Both the position numbers and the translations under genes were made by a program. 64,000 bases of DNA. Source: Octopus vulgaris (taxonomy: Eukaryota). The stretch is from positions 83,948,001 to 84,012,000 of the forward strand of contig OX597817.1 of the NCBI GenBank assembly GCA_951406725.2. The letters are read 5' to 3'. A model generated the notes under the pieces. The model searched no databases. It saw only the letters and a list, made by a program, of their open reading frames with translations, and had not been told where the DNA came from. Positions 12,965 to 26,876 of the stretch are shown piece after piece (position 1 is the stretch's first letter; every line of letters starts with the position of its first letter).

Positions 12965-15180
12965 ACATACACACATCTCCACCAACCATAAAACATCTTG
13001 GCAGATCTTTGTAGACACCGTCACAGACATATGTGCAAAACACTCCCCACCAAGACCTGTGAACAAAAAGTGCAGAATCCCCCAAAACAGAAAAACCATT
13101 ATCAGAAAAATAAAAAGAACAAACAAAAAAATTAACAAACTAAAGTACTGCCAACAGCAACACACACATTCGACGGCTATCGCACTGCTTGAATCCAAAA
13201 AATATAACCTCCAACAATGCATGAAGTCCCTCATCAATAACCAAAGATCAGCTGAGGAGAAGTGGGCCATTGAAAAAATCAAACTCAACCCCAAAGTGTT
13301 CTTTTCATTTGCGAGGAAACGCAGGGTCACTGTCTCCACTGTAGGCCCTCTAATTGACGAAACTGGCACTCTCCAAGATAATGCCAAATCCATGGCCGAG
13401 ATACTGCAGAAACAATACTGCTCTGTTTTCAGCAATCCTGATATGGCCGATCTGGGCTGTATCAGTAATGTCAACCCCCAACACACTATATCGGACATAA
13501 CGTTTAGTGCCCCTGATGTCTTAGCGGCGATAAACGAAATAAAACACAATTCAGCAGTAGGCCCCGATAGGTTCCCTGCTTGTGTCCTGAAGGTGTGTCG
13601 ACACCAACTTGCATCTCCCCTTGCTAATCTGTGGAGAAACTCACTGGATGCTGGCTATATTCCAAAAAACCTTCTGTCCCAGTCTGTTGTCCCAGTTTTC
13701 AAAAAGGGAAACAAGTCCCTTGCAGTGAATTACCGTCCGATCTCACTCACCTCTCATATCATCAAGGTATTTGAGAGGGTGGTGAGATCTCAAATAACCC
13801 AATTTCTGGAAAGCAACAGACGGCTGATCTCCAACCAACATGGGTTCCGTAATGGAAGGGACTGCCTAACGCAGCTCCTGCATCACTTTGAGGACATTTT
13901 GAGAGCTTTGGGAGAGCTCCAACACCGATGTCATCTACCTTGATTTCAGTAAGGCCTTCGACAGGGTCGATCACAAGATCCTATTGAAAAAACTATCCAA
14001 CATTGGTGTCTCTGGAAAGTTACTGAAATGGATTAAGTGTTTCCTGACAGACAGATCTCAACATGTTGTAGTTGAAGGGGTAAAATCAAGCCCAGCCAAA
14101 GTCAGTAGTGGCGTTCCGCAAGGCACTGTGCTGGGCCCACTTCTTTTCATCATTTACATTAATGACATTAATGACATCATCAAGCACAGCAACATAAAAA
14201 TCTTTGCAGATGACCCCAAGCTACAGAAGGTCATAAATGAGGCGAGTGACCGGACATGCCTTCAGTCAGATCTACTGGCTGTTATCCAATGGGCAGAAAA
14301 AAACAATATGCTGCTGAACGAGGATAAATTTGAGCTAATCCACTTTGGAAAAGAGGATGCCCTGAAACTCCCATACTCCCTTCCTTCAGGTGAAACTCTC
14401 GCGGCGTCCAACAACATCAGAGACTTGGGAGTAATTGTGGACAACAACGTAAGCTGGGCCACTCATATAAACACCAAAGTTGACATGGCCCGCAGAATGT
14501 GTTCCTGGATTCTCAGAACTTTCCAGTCGAGAGATATCCACACCATTATCCTTCTCTTCTCCACTTTTGCCCGACCCCACCTTGAATACTGTTGTCCACT
14601 GTGGTCTCCCCACACAATACAAGGTATCATAAAAGTCGAAGCACCTCAAAGGGCAATCACAAAAAAGATAGATGGCATGACAGGCCTCGACTATTGGGGT
14701 CGACTAGAAAAGCTAAAACTCTATTCTCTCCAACGTCGTCGTGAGCGCTACATCATCTGCATGATGTGGAAAATATTCCATCAGCATTGCCCAAATGATG
14801 TTGGCATCACCTTTAAGGTACATCCAAGGCTTGGGCCCCGTGCCATCCGCCCAAAACAAAAATCGCACTCTCATCTCATAACAACAATACGGCACAATTA
14901 TTTCACCTCAATTGGCCCCGCTCTCTTTAACATTACACCAAAACACATTAAAACAGAAACTGACCCTATAGGGTTCAAGAAGTCTTTGGACAGATTCCTT
15001 CAAGAAATCCCGGATAAACCCCCTACACCCGGATATGTCTCTGTAAACAATAACTCTCTACTTGAGTGGGCCATAGTGCCCAAATTCTGACTTGAAAGAC
15101 TTCACCAGGTGGTGCTATTAAGTTAGACATGGCCTGGGCCAATAATGGCCGAAACCTATCAAAGTATCAAAGTAAAGTAT
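12965..15180 (+). mobile_element. CR1-type (jockey superfamily) LINE, 5'-truncated, RT domain nearly intact
   Basis: ORFs 13059-13943 and 13984-15090 are joined by one frameshift near 13915. Motifs NYRPISLTS, QHGFR, DVIYLDFSKAFDRV, SGVPQGTVLGPLLF, IFADD and RDLGV; tandem tail (aaagtatc)n. Confidence 0.93.
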
Positions 15181-15185
15181 ATATG

Positions 15186-15230
<45 letters not shown>

Positions 15231-15232
<2 letters not shown>

Positions 15233-16030
15233 AAAAACAAGTCAAGATAGAAAATGCTAAAATAATTTTATAAAGAACATTTCAGTACTGGTTTCAGTCA
15301 TTGAGACTTTTTCAACTGTAACAATTAAATAACTAAATTTAGAAAAATTAAAAGAAAAAATTTTTAAAGGAATATTTGTATAGTGTTCAAATAGAAGTGG
15401 CATTTTCCTTGTTTCTGCCTGTCTCTGTCTCTCTTGTTTACTCTAGTGGGTTGTGAATTCTTGGTAGGGAAGAAGAAGGGGGAGAAGGGGAAGGAGAAAA
15501 TTTGGGAGTGCCATGATTGTAGTATTTTGAATGGTCAGTGGAGGCTAGCAGTTGCTGTTCAATTTATGAGAATATTTCTTTTGAATGTTTTGTTTATAGA
15601 ATTTGCAAAGGTGTTATTCTAAAAAGCATTAGTGATAAAGTTGGGAAGGAGAAGAAGAAGAAGAAGAAGAAGAAGAAGAAGAAAGAGAAGGGAGAATAAG
15701 AATGAGTGAAATGTTAAATGACTTAAAGTTGGCACATTATGGATTATAGCAGTGATTGGGGCTGTTTTTTAATGGATTCTTAGGAATTTAATATTTGCAT
15801 GTGTATTTGTGTTATTCTAAGGCAGTGGGGCCTGTATTTTGTAATAAAGAGAGTTTCTTTACTAATTCGTTGGCTCCAGGTTGTATCTTCCCTGAATTGG
15901 TAGAGGGGAAAAATCCTGAAGCTTGGATTTTTGTTGTTAACACAAATGTCTATGTGTTGGCTGAATGCTATTTTTTCTGTTTTGGGGAATTTTTATCTGG
16001 GTTCTGTGCAGGGCCATTCTTTTACGTAGA
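15231..16030 (-). mobile_element. Second PLE family, 3' fragment (end of GIY-YIG plus 3' region)
   Basis: Minus strand with one frameshift: LRKRMALHRTQIKIPQNRK/IAFSQHIDICVNNKNPSFRIFPLYQF...RISKETLFITKYRP. Bounded by (TA)n on both sides. Confidence 0.75.
15283..15318 (-). ncRNA. Minimal type I hammerhead motif, U3-A8 variant
   Basis: cag-TTGAAAA-agtc-tcaat-gact-GAAA-ccag-TA-ctg on the minus strand. Confidence 0.6.
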
Positions 16031-16782
16031 CTATATATATATAGATAGATATAGATATAGATATACATATATATGTATGTGTGTGTATATGTTTGTGTGT
16101 CTATGTTCCCCACCCACCCAACATCGTTTGACAACCAATGTTGGTGTGTTTACATACCCGTAACTTAGTGGTTCGGCAAAAGAGACCGATAGAATAAGTA
16201 TTAGGCTTACAAAGAATAAGTCCTGGGGTCGATTTGCTTAACTAAAGGCGGTGCTCCAGCATGGCTGCAGTCAAATGACTAAAACAAGAGCAAAAAACAA
16301 AGAGTGGAAGAACTATCAAGCAAGTATTTCAGCCCATTAGTTCTTGACACTCTAAGGAAGCCAGGCCCACTGAGGTCATGATTCTTAGGTGTCCTCCTGC
16401 TGTTTTTTTGAAATGCCACTTCCAATAAAGACTTGACTTAGAACCTTCAGGTGATCTTATTTCCATGAACTGTAATGTGTATTGCTCAGTCACAACAGAG
16501 TTTGCATTGTGGCTCACAATAGATCACTCCAAACACAATTCCTCTACCATATTCCTTATCATCCTCTCTCTCTCTCCTTCTCTCTCTCATCTCTCTCTCT
16601 CTCTCTCATTCTCTCTCTCTCCCTCACTCTCTCTTTCTCTCCTATTATGATGTCTATGTAATAACAGATTACATCAGATATATTCTTATATCCACCTTTC
16701 AGTACTCCCTCTCTACCAAATTACTCCTTATTGACATCATCTTTCTTTCTCTTCTCTACTCACATCCATGGCTACTACTTGT

Positions 16783-16864
<82 letters not shown>

Positions 16865-16866
16865 CA

Positions 16867-16898
<32 letters not shown>

Positions 16899-19599
16899 TC
16901 TCCCTCTCCCTCTCTCCCTATCTATCCATCTCTCTCTCTCTCTCACACACACACAGACACTCACCTGCTATTAGTGCCTCTCTTTCATTACTCCCTTCAG
17001 CACACTACCTCTGCTACCACCGTTTCACCCTCACACCCTCACTTCCTTCACCCACTCGTCCCAAGAGCCATATCCCCCAACCACACTTTTACCTTCTTCA
17101 CCATCTCCCAACTAGTTTGTTTTCTGTCGTGCCCCATCAAACTCTTGTCTATAATTACTTCTGACTTTTTTGTTTTCTTAGCATGATTTGAACATATCTG
17201 TCTTTATTTTTATCAGTGCAATCGCAGCTGAATATGTCTTTCTGTTAATACAAAAATCAAGTTGTAATATACTTGCTATATTGTTTGTTATTTATATTTT
17301 GTTCTCTTTTTTAATATATTCCCACATGCATTAATAATGTTTTGCCAGTTACATATCTACAATTTTTATCTAGTGAAGTAAGTTTGAATATATTCAAATA
17401 TTTAGCACTTGCCACTGTTTTTGTTAGTAGTAATTGATAAACTGTCAAAAGTTGTATATCCTTTTGTTCAGATTTCTTCTTTTATCATTTTTTTTTCCTA
17501 CAAAAGCAATATCCTCCAATTTTCAACACTGGCACAGATGTGGTTTCATAGTTGAGAATTTAGTTTCACAATTGCATGTGTTCAATCCCACTGCAAAGCA
17601 TCATTATTGAAGCATCTTCTACCATACTCCTCTGTTGAACAAAACCTTTTACACTGATGGAAAATGTGCTGAAGCCCATTGGAGGGACTATTTTTCTTCT
17701 TAATGGTCACCAGATTTAATGCCATCTCCCTGCATTTGAATGTCTTTTACAGTGTCTAATGCAGTCATGGGCAAACTACTACATGCAGCTCATAGGACTT
17801 TCTGACTTGCTCGTCTAACAAAAAATTACTTTGAATTTATTTGTAGTACAACATAACTGATGAAGCATCATATCACATGCAGCCCACGTCTCAAGAAGTT
17901 TGCTTATGCCTAGTCTAACATATTGTAACCATCTCGACAAAGACTGATTTGAAGGTTCCTCCTTTCCTTTCATCTTGAAAACATTAAGTCAAAAAAGAAG
18001 AAAAGAAGTTGTGATCTCTAACAACAACTCTTTCTTGCTATGGGAGTTTACCTGTCATGGGTAGACAGCATACAAATGTAGTTGTTGGAAAAAATCTTGG
18101 TCAATTAATGATTCTCTTGTCTTTGTGTATTTCAAATCCATGTTTTCCTCATTAAGACACCATATACTTACCCACTCTCTTAGCTAATGTCATATAAGAA
18201 ATAAATAATTGACTGATACCACATATTTATTGAATTATCACTGGTAGTTTAAAATATTTTTAATTTTGTATTATGTATGACACTATGAATTAAATAATGC
18301 ACCTTGTCAGTGCATGTACTGTTATGCAAATTAGACTGACCAGTTTAACTGAATCCTAGTTTCTACACACTATAAACAACTATTAGCCATTAATATCTCA
18401 GAAGACAAGAGATGTGTGTCCTTTTCTCTGATAAAGATCTAATATTAGAAACTAGCAATTTTTTCTGCTCACAACAAAAAACCTTATTTATTTTTTTCAG
18501 TAAGGCTAAAGTTTGATAGTTATATAAAAAGAAAATGTTTCATTAAATACAAACTGTGTTCATGTTTTATCTTTAGTTAGTTTATATTTTTAGTATTTTC
18601 TTATTAGTTTTTTTTACAGTTGGTTTGGAACAATAAATTTCCTAAATTCATATTCAATGTTTCCAGACCTTCACAGTCTTATTCTTTCAAATTGAATATA
18701 TTTGGCATCTATTTTGTTTCTTTATACACTAGTTGAATTCCCGCAGACTTCCTGCCAAATCATGTTTATCCATTAGCTCCATACATCAGCAGTCATGTGT
18801 TGATTTGCTTGCTGCTGTCAAATTTTTGACTTCCAGGTTTTTATGTCAGTAGCCACACATTAACTTTTTGGTGTGTATGTTTGCATGTTGATTTCAGCAT
18901 TGTATTACAATATGCATATGGCTTCCACAATTAATGCTCTATATCTGTGGGGAATTTTATTGACTGTATTCTCCTCTAGTATTTAGAGTACACGTGTATT
19001 CTTTAGAATTTTCCTATCTAATTTTGTTTCGTGGTGTGTGTTATTATAATGTTTTGCTCCATATTTTACATGCAAGGTGAGCCTATGAGGGTGTATTGTA
19101 TTAGTATCTTTTATCTTTTATTTGTTTCAGTCATTAGACTGCGGCCATGCTGGGGCACTGCCTTGAAGAATTTTTAGTTGAGCGAATTGACCCCAGCACT
19201 GGTTGTCAAGTGGTAGTGGGGATACAAGCATGTAAACACACACACACACACACACATGACAGGCTTTCACCAGCCTGAGGCTATACCAGAAGACACTTGT
19301 ATAAAGTGTCAGTGGGACTGGCATCGACCACACTAGAATGGTGCTTTCTACATGCCACCGGCATGAGTACCAGTCAGGTGGTACTGGCATTGGCCACGAC
19401 TAATTTCACTTGACTGAACTGATCTTCTCAAGTACAGTATATTGCCCAATAATTGAAGGGTATTCTTAAATGGGCTGGTTATGTAACACTGGCATAAGCC
19501 ACGGTTATGGTCTCACTTGGCTTGCTGGATTTTTTCAAGCACAGCATTTCTCCAAAGGTCTCGGTTGCTTTTCATTGCCTCCATGAGGCCCAACGTTCA

Positions 19600-20240
19600 A
19601 AGGTCATGCTTCATCACCTCATCGCAGATCTTCCTGTGTCTACTACTTCCACAGGTTCCCCCCACAGCTGTCCTCATCCATACGCAACACATGACCATAC
19701 CAGCACAGTCATCTTTCTTGCACACCACATCTGATGCTTCTTGCATCCAACTTTTCTCTCTCAGCACCTACGCTATGTTGTGTACGTACACTGCCATTAC
19801 ACATCCAGCGGAGCATACTAGCTTCATTTCTTGCAAGCTTACACATCTCCTTAGCAGTCACAGCCCATGTTTGACTGCCATGTAGCATGGCAGTTCGCAC
19901 ACATGCATTATACACTCTACCTTTCACTCTGAGTGAAAGGCTCTTTGTTAGCAGCAGAGGTAGGAACTCTCTGAACTTTGCCCAGGCTATTCTTATTCTA
20001 GCAGCTATGCTCTCAGAGCATCCACCCCCAGTACTGACTTGGTCACCTAGGTAACAGAAGCTATCAACTACTTCTAGTTTTTCCCCCCTGGTATGTAATG
20101 GAAGCTGTTTTCTGCACATTTTCAGGATTTATTGCCCCTGTGCATCTGCCACACACAAAATCTATCTTCCCAGATAGCCTTCTTTTGATATTGCTGCACC
20201 TCTCATGTGTCCATAGCTTACACCAGGCATGTCTTATTTC
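19600..20240 (-). mobile_element. RTE LINE 3' fragment
   Basis: LEVVDSFCYLGD...RIRIAWAKFRE...KGRVYNACVRTAMLHGSQTW (ORF 19709-20119). Confidence 0.85.
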
Positions 20241-20255
20241 TGGTAAATAGTTTTG

Positions 20256-20287
<32 letters not shown>

Positions 20288-20509
20288 GCGCGGAAAACGG
20301 ACGTTAAACGATGATGATGATGATATATATATATTACGATCATGATGAACTAAAACCTGCTGTGTAACCATAGTGTTTCTCGGGGAATCTAAAGTTATAT
20401 GTCTATTAGGAAAAAAAAAGGTGTATCTTATGTCTCAAATTATTTATAGATATTGTGTCTATGAATTAATAAATTATTCTCTGTTGAATTTTTTTTTTTT
20501 TATTTGCAG

Positions 20510-20752
20510 GCTTTAGATTTTGCAATTCAGATAGTTTCAGCAGCCATTTGTTGTTGGACATCATCTATAGCCAGCACAATATCTGGTCAACATCCAGCAT
20601 TTATGGTGGATTTGGTCGAAAAACATCAAGATGGTATAAAAATGCAGGAAATCTCTCTCTCTTTAAAGCATCAACCCAATTATTGGCTCCAGTTGTTGCC
20701 AACTTGTGTCACTTGTTTAACTCAAGAACCTTGGAAAGCAGTACTTAACATG
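20510..20752 (+). CDS. FOCAD: Focadhesin-like gene, coding exon (243 nt, probable GC donor)
   Basis: Poly-T tract and ttgcag| acceptor. ALDFAIQIVSAAICCW...LQLLPTCVTCLTQEPWKAVLNM resembles focadhesin ALDFFLLIFATAVVAW...LLPNSMALLLQKEPWKEQTQK (recalled). Ends ATG|GCAAGT. Confidence 0.85.
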
Positions 20753-21609
20753 GCAAGTTTCCATATTTATATATTTTCACTGTTGTAATTAGCTGCTATT
20801 AGCTTGACATTATTAGAACTCTTAGGATAATATTTATTGCTTGAGTTATAATTAATGGCAAATAGTTTTCTTACCTTCTAAATTAATCACTTAGAATTAT
20901 CACTTGAAATTAAATTGATAATTTGCTGAAGTCTTTGTAAGGATACTATGAATTATATATTTTTAAATAATGTCTTTTATATAAGTAAACTTTCTGTGTA
21001 TCATTTATGGCTGAATGGTTAGTGTTCACTTCACAATCATGTAGTCTCAGGTTCAATCCCATTGCATGGCATGTTATGCAAATGTGTTTCTCTATAACCT
21101 CAGGTCAACCCAAACTTTGAGAGTGAAATTGAACAGATGGAAACTGTATGGAATCCCATTGGATGGATTGTATCTGTAATTCAAATTTTTCAACTTTATC
21201 ACACACACTGTGTCCTATTTGATTTCATGTGAGGAATACTCAGCCGCTTGCATGCTAATTCTACGAGTCTGGTATTTCAATTGATTGATCTATTGAACAC
21301 TCATGATTGGAAATTCTAACCAAGATTTATTTATATTTGGGTTTGCCACTGAACTCCTTATCAATAGTTAAGGTTCAAATTATCCTCATCACTAAGACCA
21401 CCACCATCATTTTTACCACCACAAACCACTACCATAACAACAACCACTATCACCACCACCACAGTTAGCATCATCATCATCAACTTTGCTTTTAATCTTT
21501 TCTGGGTCAATGAAATAAGTACATGTCAAGCACTGGGGTTCATGTCATCAACTAGCTCACTTTCGCAGAGTTTCAGACCTTTTACTTTTGCATAAAGGAC
21601 TATATTATT

Positions 21610-23706
21610 ATTTTCTTTTTATCACAGGTTTTGTTGGAACTCCTGGAGTCTTGCATGTGTAGCAGGCTTGCTACCTGCAGCCTATTGTACCATGCTATCC
21701 ATTTTTTTCAACTATCTGGTACTTTCCTGATTATTCTTATAATTGGCACTATCTTCATCTTCATTTTCTATAGCTGGGCTATTTTGTACTTAAGAGGGTT
21801 ATATTTATCTATTTTTTCACCTTCCTTCTTGACTATTCATGGGTCAAAAGGGCACAAAACATCAACTAGCACCTGATCGGTTTGGATTGGGAAATTCTAG
21901 AGGATTTTGCTAGTCTCCAACACTGTCACTCTCTGCAGTTTGTACTTATTCCATGTCTTGCCTCTCTCTTTCTCTCTTGCCCCCACTTTTTCCACAGTTT
22001 CCAATGCAGCACTTTCACTATGTGGTCATGTCACCACAACATGATGAGGTTTGGGGCAAGTCCAGGGCATTCGTTCATCATATAGGCAATGGTTTCATCC
22101 ACTCTGTTACAGATGCAGCACAGCAGAAACATCATTATTCTGTAGTCTTATTTTTATCACATACTTTCACTGCACTACTGACCACAGCTCTGTATGCTTT
22201 GGGTATGTGCTGTGGTTTGTTGTGATGCTCTTATTGTTACTGTTTTGAAGGTGTTTTACATAGGTTGTGTGTGGTGCCTAGTATTACTATTTTCTGTATG
22301 TTATATATACTTGTTAGTCTTGGTGTTTTTTGCTATGTATTTGTCTGAATATTTTTTTTATCATATCTAATGCACCAACTATGATAGGAATTGTTTCTGT
22401 TTCTAGACTCTACATTCAAGTTACCTCTATTTCCTGTTCTTTGTATTTTGAAAGTTCTTCCGTTTCTTTTAGAGAAACGTTGTCAACTGCTGGTATTGAT
22501 ACATCAGTTAGAAAGCATTTTTTATTGATCTCTGACAACTATATCCAGCCTATTGACCTTAATTTTTCTATCTGTGTGTATTAGCATATCTCATAGTATG
22601 GTTGCTTTCTCATTTTCTGTGACGTTTTCTAGCATGTACCTATACCATCTATTTTCCGTTGTTATTCCATAGTGTTGGTATAACTTCCAGTATATATAGA
22701 TCCCAACTCTGTCGTGTCTGTGAATATATTCCTTCTTAGCCAGGACTGGGCAGCCAGAGACAATATGATTTTCTATTTCTTCTCCATCACCAAATATTCT
22801 GAAGTTATTTGTATTTCTTTTTATTACATGTTTTTAGTAATTTTTGGTGGGGAGGCTTTGACCTTGTACTACAATTAAAAATCCTTCAGTCTCTGCTTTG
22901 AGTCCTGATCTTCTCAACCATTGTTGGGATTTGGCTTTATCTATTTCTTTTTTGTTTAGTTTAACCCAGTATTTGCCATGAAGGGGCTTTTCTTGCCATT
23001 GTCTTATCATGATCCATTGCTGTTCCAGTTTTAGTTTGGATTTCATTTGTTTTACAGCTTTTGTTGTTTCTTCTATTTCTTCCTAGTTGTTAGATACTAT
23101 GATTTCTTTTTTGTATTTGTCAGCTTCCTTAAAGACTGAAAACAGTTTTTTGTTTTGTTCGTGTTTTGTGGTTATTTATATTAACTTTCCTTGCTTTTGA
23201 AGCAGGTATTTTTGTAGTCCTATGGTGGTTATTTTATCATAGTTTTCTAACTGTATAAGGCCTCTACCACCTTCCATGTCAGATTTTGGGTGATGTATCC
23301 TAAATCCTGTCATTATTTTTCTTGTTTTCCTGTCTATTTTGATTAGTTCATTTAGAATCCAGTTAAGAATATTGTTGCTGTAACTTATTACAGGAACAGC
23401 TGGAGTTTTGATAACTATTATCTTGTTTTTCACATTGAGCTCTGTTTTCGATATTAAGCTAACTTGTCTATAGTATTCTTTTCTTATCTTCTATTTCATT
23501 TGTGTGCATTGTATTGTATCTGGTTCATTGATTCCTATGCATTTGTATGTCTGGCTTTGGTCTAATTCTCTTATTTCATTTGCTTTATCTCGTGTGATGT
23601 TGCTACTCTTAACTAGTTTTCCTCTTTTAAAAGTTGCTTTGGCACATTTTTCTAAACCAAATTTTATGTTTATTTCTTTAGTAAATCCATGTACTGTCAG
23701 AATCAC
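21610..23706 (-). mobile_element. R4/Dong-like (RLE-type) non-LTR retrotransposon remnants, probably two fragments (22250-23706 and 21610-22110)
   Basis: FGLEKCAK, GGRGLIQL, WQEKPLHGKY, WLRRSGLKAETEGFL, HIVSGCPVLAKKEYIHRHD and IPIIVGAL motifs, with many stops. Confidence 0.8.
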
Positions 23707-25019
23707 AAGGTCAAGGTTAGCCAGTCTTAAATTCCTGTTATAGCCTGGAGGACTATGATAAACAAGAGGGAGCTGAGAACTGATCCTTGGTGAACTCCTA
23801 CATGTACACTAACTGCAACACTTTGTTATGATTCAACCATTTTTATTGTTATTCTACTCATTCAACATTATTTACCTAAAATTATTCCACTGTATGTGTA
23901 CAATCAATATTATTATTATTAAATTGCAGAATTATTACTACTACCATCACTGTTACCAATATAAAATGTTCATTTTTGTGCTGGCCTTAGATTTCTATCA
24001 CAACACCATATTTTGAAACATGCTATCCCTGTTTCATTTCATTTGTGAAAGTTTACCTCCTATAGTTGATTTTAAATAACTCACTGATCCTATATTTGTC
24101 CATTGTACTGCTTACCACATGCTTATAGTTGTTATTACATCACTAAGTTCTCAAATGTTCACTGCCATATATCATTGTCATTAAACTTTGTATTCTAGAC
24201 ATTGTACAATAATTGATTCTTTACCTATACTAATTATGTCTTTTAAGTAATATAACTTAATCTGTTGTCTCCTGTAGGCCAGTAGTGTGATTCATTGTCT
24301 TCAGTATGTGGCTGCCTTTGTTAATAGTTGCTTAAGGTGGATGGTATTGATTTTTAGTTGGAGTAAAATTCTGTTATAGTTCATGTCTACAAAAAACTAA
24401 ACTTCTATCATCTCTCTCTTTCTTACTGTCTCACTTTCTTCGTGCACACACACACATATGTGAGAAGCATAGTTATTTTCCCAATGGTGTTGAATACTCT
24501 AGAACACTAGTAAATGGCTTTGTATTGATCTTACCCACTTTCAACCAATTTTACTGGAGGCAACATCACCTTTGTATTTCAAAATTTTACTGCTTCTAGA
24601 TTGATTACATCATGAGAGCCAAATTATTTGTTTAGAGAACCCACTATGTCAAATTTAGTTTCTTTTATAATAGCTTCAATGACAAGATTACAGAGTATAT
24701 GACTGTATATTGATTGATATTTGCTTAAAACCAAAGCTTCTTATTGAATATTAACTCTGACATTAATTTTAAACCCTTCCTTACATGATCTGAACATTGT
24801 AAACCTTTTAGTTATCCATAGTTTTTTCACTAAACTAGAATATAAGAACTTTCCAGAAAAAGATTTGGGATTTTTATGTTTATCAGTGAAGAAACATTTT
24901 GAATTTTGAATTAGAATTAAACATTTTGGACTTTTACTTGGATGTCAACTTTTAGTGTTAGTGTCTGGCATTAGAACACAAAATTATTTCATTAGCGATG
25001 GTGTGGCCTCACCTAAAAT

Positions 25020-25585
25020 TTGCATCACTGGTCTGGAACCCCTATCTTGCCCAGGATATTAATCATCTGGAAACCATTCAGTGACGTGCAACCAAGAGAA
25101 TACCCGCCATCAGGCATTTGCCATATTCTGAACGCCTTACTTCCCTGGGTATGGATACATTGAAACTCCAACATCTGGCAGCTGACTTGGCAGACACCCA
25201 TAAAATTATTAACCATCTTACTAACAATAACTCTGAGCACCTTTTCAAACTCCACCTGTCTAGCACCTGTGAACATGTTTACAGAGTCAGAAAACAGCAC
25301 AGCTCCCATGGCTTTCAGAAACATTTCTTCACGCTAAGAGTTGCTGAAGTATGGAACAAACTGCCGGCATCAGTTGTTTGTTGTCAGAGCACTGCATCCT
25401 TCAAAACTTCCATGCTTCCTGAGATTCGCCAACACTACACCTGATTTTCACCCCTCCATCCACATACAAGCATATATCTGACTCATACACTGTTCACTTT
25501 CCAGACATTTGTACATTACTGCATATGCTTTACACACACTTTTGACAAGTTGTAGTGCACCTGAGCACTGTATACAATAATTTCC

Positions 25586-25630
<45 letters not shown>
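25020..25630 (+). mobile_element. CR1-type LINE 3' end with (TTA)n tail
   Basis: PYSERLTSLGMDTL...FFTLRVAEVWNKLPASVV...SFK, then 3'UTR and (att)n. Confidence 0.8.
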
Positions 25631-25632
<2 letters not shown>

Positions 25633-26083
25633 AAGTGATGCTTATAACCTGAAGCTTTAACAGTGCAGCAGAAATAGTAAACCTTAGAGTAAAATATAGG
25701 TGGTCTACTTTAGCTACCCCTATACTATTTAGTTATTCTTTGATCTGTATATTGTCTCTGAGTTATAGAACTGTAATATTGTAAAACATGGATCAGGTTA
25801 TCTAATACTCTTAACTAGAAAATGTAGATTTATTGCATACAATGTTTTTTCGGATTATTTTAGAATTAAAATTAACCTACCTGAACCATTTTTAGAATGT
25901 AGAGTAAAATAAAATAAATTGTAAAAGAATATCACTGCAAATCAGACTAACATTTACTTTATTATCACCATCAGTAACAACATTATCATCATAATTACTA
26001 TATTAATCAGGGAGTCATCTCCAAATCACATACATCATCATTGTCATTATCAAATTTTCATCTTATTTTCTTAGATTATTTAA

Positions 26084-26304
26084 CCCTTTCATTACCAACC
26101 CGGCTGAAACCGGCTCTGGCTTTGTAATACAAATGTCTTCTTTTCATAAGTTTTGAATTAAAATCTTCCACCAAACCTTAGTCACAATTTATGTTCCTAA
26201 CACTGGCTTAATGATAATGAAGTTATTTTACTAAATTCTTTGTTATAGTTAAAGTAATTGAAAGAAACACAGAGCATCTCAAAATAAATACAGCAACGAA
26301 AGGG
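26084..26304 (-). mobile_element. piggyBac-like MITE family 1, second copy
   Basis: TTAA flanks, ccctttc/gaaaggg termini, reverse complement of 4716-4934. Confidence 0.8.
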
Positions 26305-26324
26305 TTAAGCAGCATCCTTTCACA

Positions 26325-26355
<31 letters not shown>

Positions 26356-26800
26356 ACATCATCATTTAATGTCCACTGTCCATGCTGGCACAAGCTAGAT
26401 AGTTTAACTGGAACTGACAAGCCAGAGAGCTGCACCAGGTTCCAGGCTGATTTGGCATGATTTCTATGGCTGGTTACCCTTCTTAATGCCAACCACTCTA
26501 GGAGTGTAGTAAGTGCTTTTATATGCCATCAGCATGGGCACCATTTACATGACAACATGACACCAGCAACAACAACAACAACAACCACAATTACAATGCA
26601 GGGTTGTCATTGACATGGCACTGACAACGGTCATGATAATTCACAAGTGCCTTTTATACCGTACTGGCAACAACCACAACTATGATTCATGGGTACCATT
26701 TATATGGCAGCATCAATGACCATAACTACAATTCACAAGTACCATTTACATCACATCCAACTTGTTTAACTGTTATATTATCTTATTTGTATAATTTCAG

Positions 26801-26876
26801 TTTATTGACTGGTTGTTAATTATGTATGAACTACCAGATGACAAGATCACACCTCAAACTAAAAGAATTCTAAATA
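26801..26876 (+). CDS. FOCAD: Focadhesin-like gene, coding exon (76 nt)
   Basis: Acceptor ataatttcag|, FIDWLLIMYELPDDKITPQTKRILN (cf. FIDWLFSIMESPKEALSAQSRDLLK, recalled), donor A|GTAAGT (phase 1). Confidence 0.88.

Larger units (their letters stand above)
12728..16305 (+). mobile_element. SINE family B split by nested insertions (5' half 12728-12960, 3' half about 16080-16305)
   Basis: The two halves match the contiguous copies at 49368-49850 and 58045-58530. Its internal microsatellite hosts a CR1-type LINE and a PLE fragment. Confidence 0.8.

Noticed and set aside
26520-26760. Degenerate repeats of about 40 bp, superficially like a repeat-spacer array
   Set aside because: Eukaryotic context, no constant repeat or unique spacers, and contiguous with an RTE-tail element, so it is a decayed minisatellite and not CRISPR.
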